Source: Polyangia bacterium (GTDB lineage Bacteria > Myxococcota_A > Polyangia > JAAYKL01). Taken from it: 42,126 nt of DNA. The notes below the pieces were generated by a model. That model had not been told where the DNA came from. It did no database searches and saw only the letters and a list, made by a program, of their open reading frames with translations. The position numbers and the translations under genes are program-made. This document shows positions 1-8,768 of the stretch, piece after piece (position 1 is the first letter of the stretch; every line of letters begins with the position of its first letter). The stretch is from assembly GCA_050287845.1 (NCBI GenBank), contig JBNKCR010000088.1, positions 1 through 42,126 of the forward strand, in the 5' to 3' direction.

Positions 1-1372
1 TGAAGGAATTTTAGTCTGCTGGGGGGGAACAGAGGGAGGAATAAAAACCGATGCCCTGCTGTACGCAGAATATAAACAACTTAGTGCCGGGTGGGATCAC
101 TTCTGTGCACTCACCACAGAAGGTGCCGCGTTGTGCTGGGAGAAAAACTACGTCGGCTCCGCCCTTCCCGGTGCCTTCATCCAGATTGATGCGGGATATG
201 AACATGACTGCGGTATTTACACCGACGGCGTACTCATGTGCTCCGGAAGCAATGAATTCGGAGAATGCGATGTCCCCCCCGATGAATTCAAATGGGTATC
301 GGCCGGACGATTTTTCACCTGTGCGGTTCAGCAAAGCGGTGTCGCCACGTGCTTCGGACGAAATGAGGAGGGTCAGTGTGATGTTCCGGCGGGAATCCTT
401 TTCACGAAGGTCGTTGCCGGCTATTACCATGTTTGTGGCCTGACCGAAGACAACCATATTGTTTGCTGGGGATTGAATTACTGGGGGCAATGCGATGCGC
501 CCGAAGGCACATTTGTGGATGTCTCAGTTCAGGGGGCGCAAAGCTGTGGCGTCCGGGAGAACGGTGAAGTGGTTTGCTGGGGTGCTGGTCTGACCCCGCC
601 ATATGGGACGTATTTACAGGTATCTGCGGGCTTCCAGACCTGCGGACTGACAGCGGAAGGTTCAATTAAATGTTTCGAAACAGCACCCGACAACCCGGTA
701 CCACCGCAAGGTACATTTTCTGAAATATCGGTTAGCATGGATCACGGTTGTGCTGTGGCAGTTGACGGTTCGGTCCAATGCTGGGGAAAAAAAGATGACG
801 GACAATGCACTGCACCGCCGGAATCTTTTACATCTGTGTCTGCCGGCTATCGTTTCACGTGCGCCCAAAGACAGGATGGCACTGTCCAATGCTGGGGATT
901 GAACGACAAGGGACAATGCGACCCACCAGGCGACGCATTCAAAGCCATTTCGATGGGACACGCGTTTGGGTGTGGGCTTGATGCAGCGGGTAAAATTTCC
1001 TGTTGGGGAAAATGTGATGACATGAACTGCGCCTCACCGGACGGACTGGTATTTAAGAGCTTTAAAACGGGGCAACGCAGTGTCTGCGGGATTACCGTAG
1101 ACGACGAAGCCATCTGTCTGGGAGAAAAAGACGAAGAGGATCCATTCTGGCAGATGTTGCAGAACAGAAATTTCATCGACGTTTTTATCGGTGATGCCTA
1201 TATCTGCGCCATCACAATGGAGGGAGTCGCAGAGTGTCTGGGCAATCAGGAATTCTTCCTTGACCCCCCTGCCCCGGAAGGGACATTCACCCAACTCACC
1301 GGACTGGGCGTCAGCCCCTGCGGCCTGCGCACCGACGGCACCATCGCGTGCTGGGCATGGATTACCTTGTGA
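1..1372 (+). CDS. Cys-rich RCC1/BLIP-II-like beta-propeller repeat protein, 5' partial
   Basis: Frame is open from position 2 (EGILVCWGG...SAGWDHFCALTTEG...), so the gene starts before the window. About 37-aa repeats of the form F..VSAG..(H/F)TC.L..DG.V.CWG.N..GQC..P. Confidence 0.85.
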   Translation, partial: EGILVCWGGTEGGIKTDALLYAEYKQLSAGWDHFCALTTEGAALCWEKNYVGSALPGAFIQIDAGYEHDCGIYTDGVLMCSGSNEFGECDVPPDEFKWVSAGRFFTCAVQQSGVATCFGRNEEGQCDVPAGILFTKVVAGYYHVCGLTEDNHIVCWGLNYWGQCDAPEGTFVDVSVQGAQSCGVRENGEVVCWGAGLTPPYGTYLQVSAGFQTCGLTAEGSIKCFETAPDNPVPPQGTFSEISVSMDHGCAVAVDGSVQCWGKKDDGQCTAPPESFTSVSAGYRFTCAQRQDGTVQCWGLNDKGQCDPPGDAFKAISMGHAFGCGLDAAGKISCWGKCDDMNCASPDGLVFKSFKTGQRSVCGITVDDEAICLGEKDEEDPFWQMLQNRNFIDVFIGDAYICAITMEGVAECLGNQEFFLDPPAPEGTFTQLTGLGVSPCGLRTDGTIACWAWITL

Positions 1373-1545
1373 AAAAATGCATTTTGCAGTCAGCCGACTG
1401 TGCAATTGGCCGCCAATAAAACACACCATCGGTACTCGGTACGCAATACAAACAGTTGATATAGGGACGAACGCCCTGGAACTCCCTGATTCAACCGGAT
1501 AGTCTGTCAACCGTGCAATACTTTTTATATGACTCAAATAAAAAT

Positions 1546-2742
1546 CTACGGACGTTGTGACAATCTGAAAAACAGGTTGGAGAGCACCGCGCATCCCAGG
1601 ATGACCGCACTGATGGGAACCAGGGTGTGGTTGAAAAGCAGCGCGGGCAGAGATGCGGCCAGAAAGCTGATGACAAAACGGGAAACGCCAATGAGTGCGT
1701 TGGCGGAACCCGCAATATGGGGAAGCTGATTCAGAACAAGCGCAGTGGCGTTTCCGTAAATCATTCCCAGCGATCCGATGTACACCACAATGCCCATGAA
1801 GAATCCCCAGAAAGATGGCGTGGCGCCCAGGGCGGTGGTGACCAGGAGGATTCCAGCCAGCAACTGCGCAACGAGAGCATATCGCACCATTTTTTCAGGC
1901 TCGAACCATTTCAGGAAGATGGTGTTGGCCAGAGAAATAATAACGTTGAACACGATGTTGGCGCCAAACACCAGCGGAAACACCCGGCTCGGGACATTGA
2001 AAAACTCAATATAAGCAAACGAGGATCCCGTAATGAATGTGAAGAGCCCTCCCGCAGAAAAGCTGATGGTGAGCAGCAGGAGGATTGCTTTCTTTTCAGA
2101 AAAGAAACTTCGGTATTTTTCAACGAACTGGCGTGGGGTCAGGGAACGGGAGATCAATTCCGGCGCCCTGGACTCCGGCACCAGAAAGACGAACAGCAGA
2201 AACAGCAGCGCGGCGAAACAGAGCATAAAAACAAAAATGCTGCGCCACCCCCATGTTTCGGACAGGACCGTGCCAATGACCGGCGCAAACAGGGGCGCCA
2301 ACATCATGATCATGCCAATTATCGTTGCCAGTCGGGCCACCTGTTTTCCCGCAAACCAATCGCGAATGAACACCATGGCAGTCACCGTGGCGAATCCGCC
2401 GCCAAAGGCCTGAACGGCGCGAAGCGCCCAAATCTGGTAAACCCCGGTACAGAAGGGAATTCCGCCGGCGGCAGCGCCGTAAATCAGCATCCCCAGTAAA
2501 GCGACTTTTCTTCTGCCAAATGCATCGGAAAGAGGTCCGCCAATAAAGTTTCCAAGGGAGAATCCAAGGAAGTAAACCGTCAGTGTGATTTCTATCAGAT
2601 TGATATTCACCCCGAATTCTCTGGCCATGGTGGGCATGGATGACAGATATGTGTCGATGGCAAACGGGGACATGGCGGTCAGCGACGCAAGCAGAACAGA
2701 AACGGCAGCAGCAAAATGTCGGTGAGTGGTTTTCAGCAGCAT
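1546..2742 (-). CDS. MFS drug-resistance transporter, Bcr/CflA family
   Basis: AIDTYLSSMP, GPLSDAFGRR (motif A), RAVQAFGGG, APVIG motifs; about 12 hydrophobic segments in 398 aa. Confidence 0.92.
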   Translation of the reverse strand: MLLKTTHRHFAAAVSVLLASLTAMSPFAIDTYLSSMPTMAREFGVNINLIEITLTVYFLGFSLGNFIGGPLSDAFGRRKVALLGMLIYGAAAGGIPFCTGVYQIWALRAVQAFGGGFATVTAMVFIRDWFAGKQVARLATIIGMIMMLAPLFAPVIGTVLSETWGWRSIFVFMLCFAALLFLLFVFLVPESRAPELISRSLTPRQFVEKYRSFFSEKKAILLLLTISFSAGGLFTFITGSSFAYIEFFNVPSRVFPLVFGANIVFNVIISLANTIFLKWFEPEKMVRYALVAQLLAGILLVTTALGATPSFWGFFMGIVVYIGSLGMIYGNATALVLNQLPHIAGSANALIGVSRFVISFLAASLPALLFNHTLVPISAVILGCAVLSNLFFRLSQRP

Positions 2743-2904
2743 GAATATCTCTTTCGGTCCAAAGGAGGGGATGAATCTTTCCCGGCAGCAGTTCTACCCG
2801 TTTCGAAAAATCTAACAAGTCGCCGGTTGAACTTTTTACAGAAACCACCGCACATCGCAATACCAAACAGAACCGCGTACCCGGGCAAACGGACGATACG
2901 GCTC

Positions 2905-3162
2905 TCAATACGGAGGAGACGGTGCGTTCAGACTGGTGCGCAGCGAATGGAGCAGCTGAATCGGATCACTGTTTTTGGAGATCACCTCCATTCCCGGCAC
3001 CGCGGGAATGGACGACAAATCCCGGCCTGTGAACAGAACCGCTTTTTTCAGGGAGGGAATTTCGGCGCACCATTTCTGAATCAACGAAATACCATGGGGG
3101 GTATCAGGGCCAGGGTATGCATCGCAAATCACATGGGTGATGTCTCCCTCCACACCAATCAA
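2905..3162 (-). pseudogene. Partial response-regulator receiver (REC) domain, N-terminal part missing
   Basis: THVICD...G..L...W...P...VLFTG...VISK matches beta3 to alpha5 of a REC domain. Only a TTG start is present and no REC beta1 acidic pair lies upstream in frame. Confidence 0.45.
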
Positions 3163-3173
3163 CGCTGGGAATT

Positions 3174-4823
3174 CTACTTCTCGTACGGCGGATCTGAAAT
3201 GGGGACGGTGGTCATTGTACCGGATTGAGATGTCTGCAACGATTGATACACCATCTCACGAAGCTGCTGCAGATCGAACGGCTTCGCTATTTCAAATTCT
3301 CTGGAATGTTGTGTTTCCACAGCAGGCAATAATCCCCCGGACGGTGATGTCATGAAAATAACGGGAATATCCGTGGCATTCACCGCCTTGAGCGCATCCT
3401 GCAACAACATGTGGGCATTGGTCTTCGGACATTTGTCACAGATAATCAAATCGTATGTCTGCCGTTGCAGCGACATGCGCAGCGCGTCACCGGTGGGGGG
3501 ACAGGTTGACACGTCAAACTCCGACAGCACCCGTTTGGCCAGCCGTCGTAACATGATTTCAGAATCCACAAAAAGAATGGCGTGTTTTTTCATGGTCAAC
3601 GGATAGTCCGGCAGGGCGGGTTCGGAATCCGGAGAGGGCGCCGCAGTCCCGGTGAAAGACACCTTTACGGTCGTTCCTTCTCCCTCTCTGCTTTTCAACT
3701 GCAGTTCGCCGCCGATGGCCGAAATGATATTCCGGCAGTAAATCAGACCAAATCCGAATCCGGCAGTGAGCTTTTTCGTTGTGTACCCGGGTTCAAACAA
3801 TCGGGCCAATTCAGATTCGGAGATACCACTGCCATTGTCCCTGATGCAGAGTGTCGCAACGTGGGGGGAACCAGCCACCTCGACGTCTATGCGGTTTTTC
3901 TGCGGTTCATTCCTGGAAAATGACTCCAGGGCATTCTGTATCAATTCAAAAATAGCGTGAATGGTCTCCCGGGAAATGGCGTTTATCCAGACTGTATCAT
4001 CCCGGGAAAAACGGATTGTCGCAATATCAGCAACATCCGCCGGCAACATCTTGATGGCCACATCCACCAGTTCACTTAAACGATATCTGGACAGTGTCTT
4101 CTGCTTTGACTGCCGGGTAAGCCCGTACAACTCGGCACTTTTTTTCATTGCGCGAATTCCCATCAGCGCATCTTCAATCGGGGCTTCGAGTGCGGCGGAA
4201 AGTTCCGTATTCACCTGGCTTCTGATTTTCGATAACTGTTCCGAAATCAACTCAAGGTTGGCTACCGTGTACGTGAGCGGCGTTGCAATATCCTCAAATA
4301 CCGACTCCGCAAGATGCACGGCAAGACCATCAGATTCCAGTAACAGAATGATGTTTAATAGACGCTGTACCTTCGTTTCGTTCCCCAGGGCGAGCATCAC
4401 ATATGGCCCGTTTGGGGCGTCAACGAAGAAGGTGCTGCAGGTAACGGGTTGGGGCGAAATCATTCCCGGAGGACCATTCAGAACTTCCAGATTGAACCTT
4501 GGTACTCTGGTTTGAAACGTCGCTTCAATCGTCGACCGAACCTCACACCCCTGACAGCGTTCATCCACGTTACATCGCCGGGAAGATGTTGAAAGGAAAA
4601 TGTGACAATCCAGATAGCTGCCAATGGCGGTATCGGGAGAAGGCATGACCTCATTCTTCAGAGCATCACCAAGTAATGTCATTGCGCTGTTATTTCTGTG
4701 TATCACGTTCAAAGATGCATCAATCAAAAGAAGCGGCAGCGGAAAATTGTCCAGCCAGCTGAAGGGGATCACCATGTTTGGCGCCGACGTATGATTTTTC
4801 TCAGATTGTTTTTGCACTTTCAA
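3174..4823 (-). CDS. Hybrid sensor kinase-like protein (Cys-PAS, degenerate HisKA, HATPase, REC)
   Basis: ELIQNA, DNGSGI, LFEPGYTTK and GFGFGL boxes; C-terminal ILFVDSE...IICD...FMTS...AKPF. The H-box reads VFEDIATPL, with no His. Start codon uncertain. Confidence 0.85.
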   Translation of the reverse strand: MKVQKQSEKNHTSAPNMVIPFSWLDNFPLPLLLIDASLNVIHRNNSAMTLLGDALKNEVMPSPDTAIGSYLDCHIFLSTSSRRCNVDERCQGCEVRSTIEATFQTRVPRFNLEVLNGPPGMISPQPVTCSTFFVDAPNGPYVMLALGNETKVQRLLNIILLLESDGLAVHLAESVFEDIATPLTYTVANLELISEQLSKIRSQVNTELSAALEAPIEDALMGIRAMKKSAELYGLTRQSKQKTLSRYRLSELVDVAIKMLPADVADIATIRFSRDDTVWINAISRETIHAIFELIQNALESFSRNEPQKNRIDVEVAGSPHVATLCIRDNGSGISESELARLFEPGYTTKKLTAGFGFGLIYCRNIISAIGGELQLKSREGEGTTVKVSFTGTAAPSPDSEPALPDYPLTMKKHAILFVDSEIMLRRLAKRVLSEFDVSTCPPTGDALRMSLQRQTYDLIICDKCPKTNAHMLLQDALKAVNATDIPVIFMTSPSGGLLPAVETQHSREFEIAKPFDLQQLREMVYQSLQTSQSGTMTTVPISDPPYEK

Positions 4824-4880
4824 TACCTGTGTTCATTTCTGCCAATGTCCCTCAGTCAGCACATGACGTTTCTCCCGCAT

Positions 4881-5234
4881 CTATACAGAAGGAGAATTAT
4901 GGGGGTGGCGTTTCGCTGTTTTCATTGCCATGATTGAGTCAATGGATTCATTGCCATCTTCCCAACAGAAAAAGATGTCGGGCCGCTCGATGCTCAGCTC
5001 CACCAGCTGAAAAATGGAAATCAGAATCTCTGACTCGATAAACTTCTGGAAATGTTCACGACTGTCAAAAATCACGGTGAGCCGAATTTTACGTAAATCT
5101 TCAATATCCTGTTCGACGGAGGATTCCAGGCACCCGAGGCAACTTCTTGTCCGGTCCCTGAGAACCTTCATTGCCTCCATTATTTCGCCCTTCCGTTTTG
5201 CAGAAGAGACAGTCTGGAAAATCGCGCGTGCCAT
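4881..5234 (-). CDS. ABM (antibiotic biosynthesis monooxygenase)-like dimeric alpha/beta barrel protein
   Basis: KRKGEI...TRSCLGCL...QDIED...FDSREHFQKFIES pattern. ATG at 5234 preceded by a GGGGGAG RBS. Confidence 0.7.
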   Translation of the reverse strand: MARAIFQTVSSAKRKGEIMEAMKVLRDRTRSCLGCLESSVEQDIEDLRKIRLTVIFDSREHFQKFIESEILISIFQLVELSIERPDIFFCWEDGNESIDSIMAMKTAKRHPHNSPSV

Positions 5235-5270
5235 TGCTCCCCCAGCTGGCGTGTCATACCGAGATTCCTG

Positions 5271-5286
5271 TGCAATATGAGGGCCA
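5271..5286 (-). promoter_or_regulatory. sigma54 (-24/-12) promoter for the ABM/kinase genes
   Basis: Minus strand TGGCCCTCATATTGCA has exact GG-N10-GC spacing, ending about 37 bp upstream of the ABM ATG. Confidence 0.7.
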
Positions 5287-5394
5287 TCGCACATGGGGTC
5301 AAAATTATCAGAATATAATTAATTTTCCCGGCGTGTTGCCCCGGTCCTACATTTTTGTACCTATTATTCGGCGAGGCGCAGGCTCCGAAATAAT

Positions 5395-5424
5395 GGATAT
5401 TGTCTGAATTTTCAGAGAATATCC
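5395..5424. promoter_or_regulatory. 30-bp inverted repeat (activator binding site or terminator)
   Basis: GGATATTgTCTGAA-TT-TTCAGAgAATATCC, 110-140 bp upstream of the sigma54 motif and just after the activator stop codon. Confidence 0.5.
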
Positions 5425-5444
5425 CCGGCTTGACCGGAGGGGGG

Positions 5445-8400
5445 TCACGGTCTGACGATATTCAGTTTCCGCATTCTCGATTCGAGTGTTGTGGGTTTCA
5501 TTCCCAGAATTTCTGCAGCGCCATTGTGGCCCCGGATGCGCCAGCCGGTTTGACGAAGGGTTTCTTCAATATGGTGACGCTGCAGTTCGTCAAGGGTGCG
5601 CAGACCGATGGTGGGTCGCTTTACAGTATCCGACGGCAGATCAATATTCAGTGTTGATCCCGACGTCATAATCATGGCCCGCTCCACGATATTACGCAAT
5701 TCCCTGATATTTCCCGGCCAGTGATACTCCTGAAGACTTTTTATGGTAGTGCGGCGAATCACTTCAATGAACTTGCCCATCAATTCTCCGAAATATCGGA
5801 CGAAGTGCCACACCAGCTCCGGAATGTCCTCCTTGCGTTCCCGAAGGGGGGGCATCATCAGGGGAAACACGTTGAGCCGGTAAAACAGGTCCTCCCTGAA
5901 ATTTCCCCGGTTCACTTCGTCTTCGAGATTCCGATTGGTCGCTGCAAGGATACGGACATTGACTTTCTGGGCAACGTTCGAACCAAGTCGTTCAAATACC
6001 CCTTCTTCAATTACCCGAAGCAGCTTGGTCTGAATATCCAGCGGTATTTCCCCCACCTCATCCAGAAACAGCGTCCCCCCATTGGCCGCCTCAAATCGCC
6101 CCATCTGTCGACTCAGTGAACCGGTGAACGCGCCTTTCTCGCGCCCGAACAATTCGCTCTCTGTCAGCGATGTGGGAATGGACGCACAGTTCACCGAAAT
6201 CATGGGAGCGCCCCGTCTGCTGCTCCAATCGTGAATCGCCCGGGCAAGCAACTCCTTCCCTGTTCCGGTTTCTCCCAGAAGCAGCACCGTGGAATCCACT
6301 TTTGCCACCTGTTCCGCCCCGGCGAGCACCGTGCGCAGCGATTTGCTCTGCCCGACAATGCCGCTGACCGAAGTGACCCGGCGCATCTCATCCCGGAGAA
6401 CCATGTTTTCTGCAGACAGTTTTTCCTTCAGTGAAATATTTTCCGCAAGCGCGCTGCGCAAGCGTTGTTCCGCCTGTCTCTGTTCGGTCACATCGTTCAT
6501 CAGAACCGCACACCCCGAAGGAGTGGGATACGCGTGAATCCCGAAAACATATGAACGGGAATCAATCATGAATTCCGCCTCGAATCGTTGTGGCACATCT
6601 GTTTCCATCACCTGAATATACCGTTTTCCAATCCATTCATATCCGCTGTTCCGTTCAAAATCATAATACGAAACGCCAACCATCGATTCCTGCGATACCC
6701 CGAACATTTCAGCGCATCGCCGATTCCAGAAAAGATATTTCATCTCTTTATCCAACAAAACAAACGCGTCATCCATACAGTCGGCCAACTCGCGATATTT
6801 CTGCTCGCTGGCGCGCAGATTCAGGAGAATCCTTGCATTGTCCGTCACATTCCGCAGACAGATGACCCGGGTTTCCTCGCCCCGGTACACAGTCGTTCGC
6901 CCCTGCGACTCAATCGTCAGCGGACTGCCGTCCTTCCGATACATCCGAACTCGAATGGGGTCCCGCGCATGACTGGCGATGTGTTCCCGCACGCGCTCTG
7001 CGGATTCACCCCGCAACAGCAACGCCATACTCTGTGCACCGATGAGCTCGTCTCTGGCGTATCCGAACAATCTGCAGAATGCTTCATTCACATCAAGAAG
7101 TACTCCGTTGCGATGGAACGCCACGGCATCCCAGCTTTCATCCGACAGTGCACGAAATCTCGCCTCGCTCTCTTCGAGGGCCCTGGTCTTCTCCATCTTC
7201 TCCGTGGCATCCACTGCAATGCCTTCCACGTAGGTCACCCCATGATGTCTGTCCCGCATTACGGTCAGCTGATGTTCCAGCCAAACAGCATGCCCGTCCC
7301 GATGCCGGCACCGGATCGGCATCGGACCTGTCTCAATCAAATCCGCTTCCCCCCGTGGAATTTCGGACTGTTCCTCAGGGTGAAGGATCTGCAGGGACAG
7401 TTCCGAATTGGCACGCAGTTCATCCGGGGAATACCCGACTATCCGTTCCACAGCCCGATTCACATAATCGAGGCGAAACGTCGGCTCTGTCTGCAGCCGA
7501 TAAATCACTGCCGGGGAACTCTCTGCAAAGCGGATGAATTCCGCCGCATGCTGTTCTGCCACCTTGTCGGCCAGCCGTCGTTCGATAAGCTCCCACGCGA
7601 AATCTGCCAACTGCTGCAGCAGCGGAAACTCCTCCGCCTGGTACATACCGCTTTTATTCACCACCCCCCAGATGGCCACCACATTCCGGTGTCGCAATAT
7701 TGGCAACACCATCGCCCGCTGAACCGGCAATGACTCATCCACCCGCCGCTGAATGGGGGCAAGCCCTTCATAGAAGTTATGAATAACGGGTCGTCTGTTG
7801 GTGAGACATTGCATCAGAACCTTTTCGTCAATCAAACACGGACCAACGTTTTCTGACGCCAACGCCAGAGCCAACTCTTTTGCCCGCTCTTCGAAGGTCA
7901 GACCAATGCCGGCGTCCTTCAACCCGGAATTTCCAGACAGAATATTCCCATCGGAAGATACAAAATAAAAAAAAGCGGATTCACTGGCAGCAAGGTTCGC
8001 TGCTTCTTTCTGAAACTGTTGAATTAAATCCTGTATTCGATATTCCGGAGTGAAATTCAGCAACCGGAGTTGCGCGGCCTGTAATTCCCTGCTGTTTCGC
8101 TGTTCCGTAATATCCGAATACGACACCTGAATGGCCGGGCCATCGTGGTTGGTAACCAGCGACGAAAAAATCTCCACCCAGCGGATACTCCCATCTTTGC
8201 GGATAAATCGAAACATGAGGTGGTGGGCATCTTCTTCACCACTCATGATTTTCGCCATCCCCGCAAGCACCCAGTCGCGATCGTCCGGATGGACCACCGC
8301 ACCCATCTGCGCCAGGTCCATCTGCAGCAGCTCGGCGTTGGCGTACCCGCTGATGCGGGAAATCGCCTCATTGGCATAAATAATTCGGCCACCCTGCAAC

Positions 8401-8450
8401 ACCACGTGTCCCTGGAGTGATCGGTCAACAATTCTTCGAAAGTGTTCCAT
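5445..8450 (-). CDS. sigma54-dependent transcriptional activator (PAS-GAF-PAS-PAS-PAS-AAA+-HTH, FhlA-like C-terminus)
   Basis: [73 protein letters not shown]; multiple PAS motifs (VHPDDR, RKDGS). Confidence 0.95.
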   Translation of the reverse strand: MEHFRRIVDRSLQGHVVLQGGRIIYANEAISRISGYANAELLQMDLAQMGAVVHPDDRDWVLAGMAKIMSGEEDAHHLMFRFIRKDGSIRWVEIFSSLVTNHDGPAIQVSYSDITEQRNSRELQAAQLRLLNFTPEYRIQDLIQQFQKEAANLAASESAFFYFVSSDGNILSGNSGLKDAGIGLTFEERAKELALALASENVGPCLIDEKVLMQCLTNRRPVIHNFYEGLAPIQRRVDESLPVQRAMVLPILRHRNVVAIWGVVNKSGMYQAEEFPLLQQLADFAWELIERRLADKVAEQHAAEFIRFAESSPAVIYRLQTEPTFRLDYVNRAVERIVGYSPDELRANSELSLQILHPEEQSEIPRGEADLIETGPMPIRCRHRDGHAVWLEHQLTVMRDRHHGVTYVEGIAVDATEKMEKTRALEESEARFRALSDESWDAVAFHRNGVLLDVNEAFCRLFGYARDELIGAQSMALLLRGESAERVREHIASHARDPIRVRMYRKDGSPLTIESQGRTTVYRGEETRVICLRNVTDNARILLNLRASEQKYRELADCMDDAFVLLDKEMKYLFWNRRCAEMFGVSQESMVGVSYYDFERNSGYEWIGKRYIQVMETDVPQRFEAEFMIDSRSYVFGIHAYPTPSGCAVLMNDVTEQRQAEQRLRSALAENISLKEKLSAENMVLRDEMRRVTSVSGIVGQSKSLRTVLAGAEQVAKVDSTVLLLGETGTGKELLARAIHDWSSRRGAPMISVNCASIPTSLTESELFGREKGAFTGSLSRQMGRFEAANGGTLFLDEVGEIPLDIQTKLLRVIEEGVFERLGSNVAQKVNVRILAATNRNLEDEVNRGNFREDLFYRLNVFPLMMPPLRERKEDIPELVWHFVRYFGELMGKFIEVIRRTTIKSLQEYHWPGNIRELRNIVERAMIMTSGSTLNIDLPSDTVKRPTIGLRTLDELQRHHIEETLRQTGWRIRGHNGAAEILGMKPTTLESRMRKLNIVRP

Positions 8451-8650
8451 ACATCCCCCCCAGTATTGTTTTGCAGCTCAGACGAATGAATCCTGTCCAC
8501 GACATTTCGTATTTTTCCGAAATAATGTAGCACTCCGCGCCGGGGGAACAACTATCGGGTTTCAATTATCATCCCTTTAATATTCTTCGGGATCCACGAT
8601 GACGTGAATACATATTTTTCGCGGGATATTGACCAATAATGTCAACGGTT

Positions 8651-8699
8651 TTGAACAATTATAGTCTTCGAATTACAAATTCCAACCCATTTGTAATTC
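8651..8699 (+). promoter_or_regulatory. Putative sigma70 promoter overlapped by an 11-bp perfect inverted repeat
   Basis: TTGAAC-N17-TACAAA (8651-8679); GAATTACAAAT-N8-ATTTGTAATTC (8670-8699), upstream of the CE15 gene. Confidence 0.5.
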
Positions 8700-8768
8700 A
8701 AGAACATACTTTTACTGGAAAAACAGGATAAAGGAAAATCCATTCAATCCATAAAAAAGGGGAGTGTT

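Noticed and set aside
1437..1478. RYAIQTVDIGTNAL resembling a Ppx/GppA N-terminus
   Set aside because: The frame stops 8 codons later and has no credible start; probably chance.
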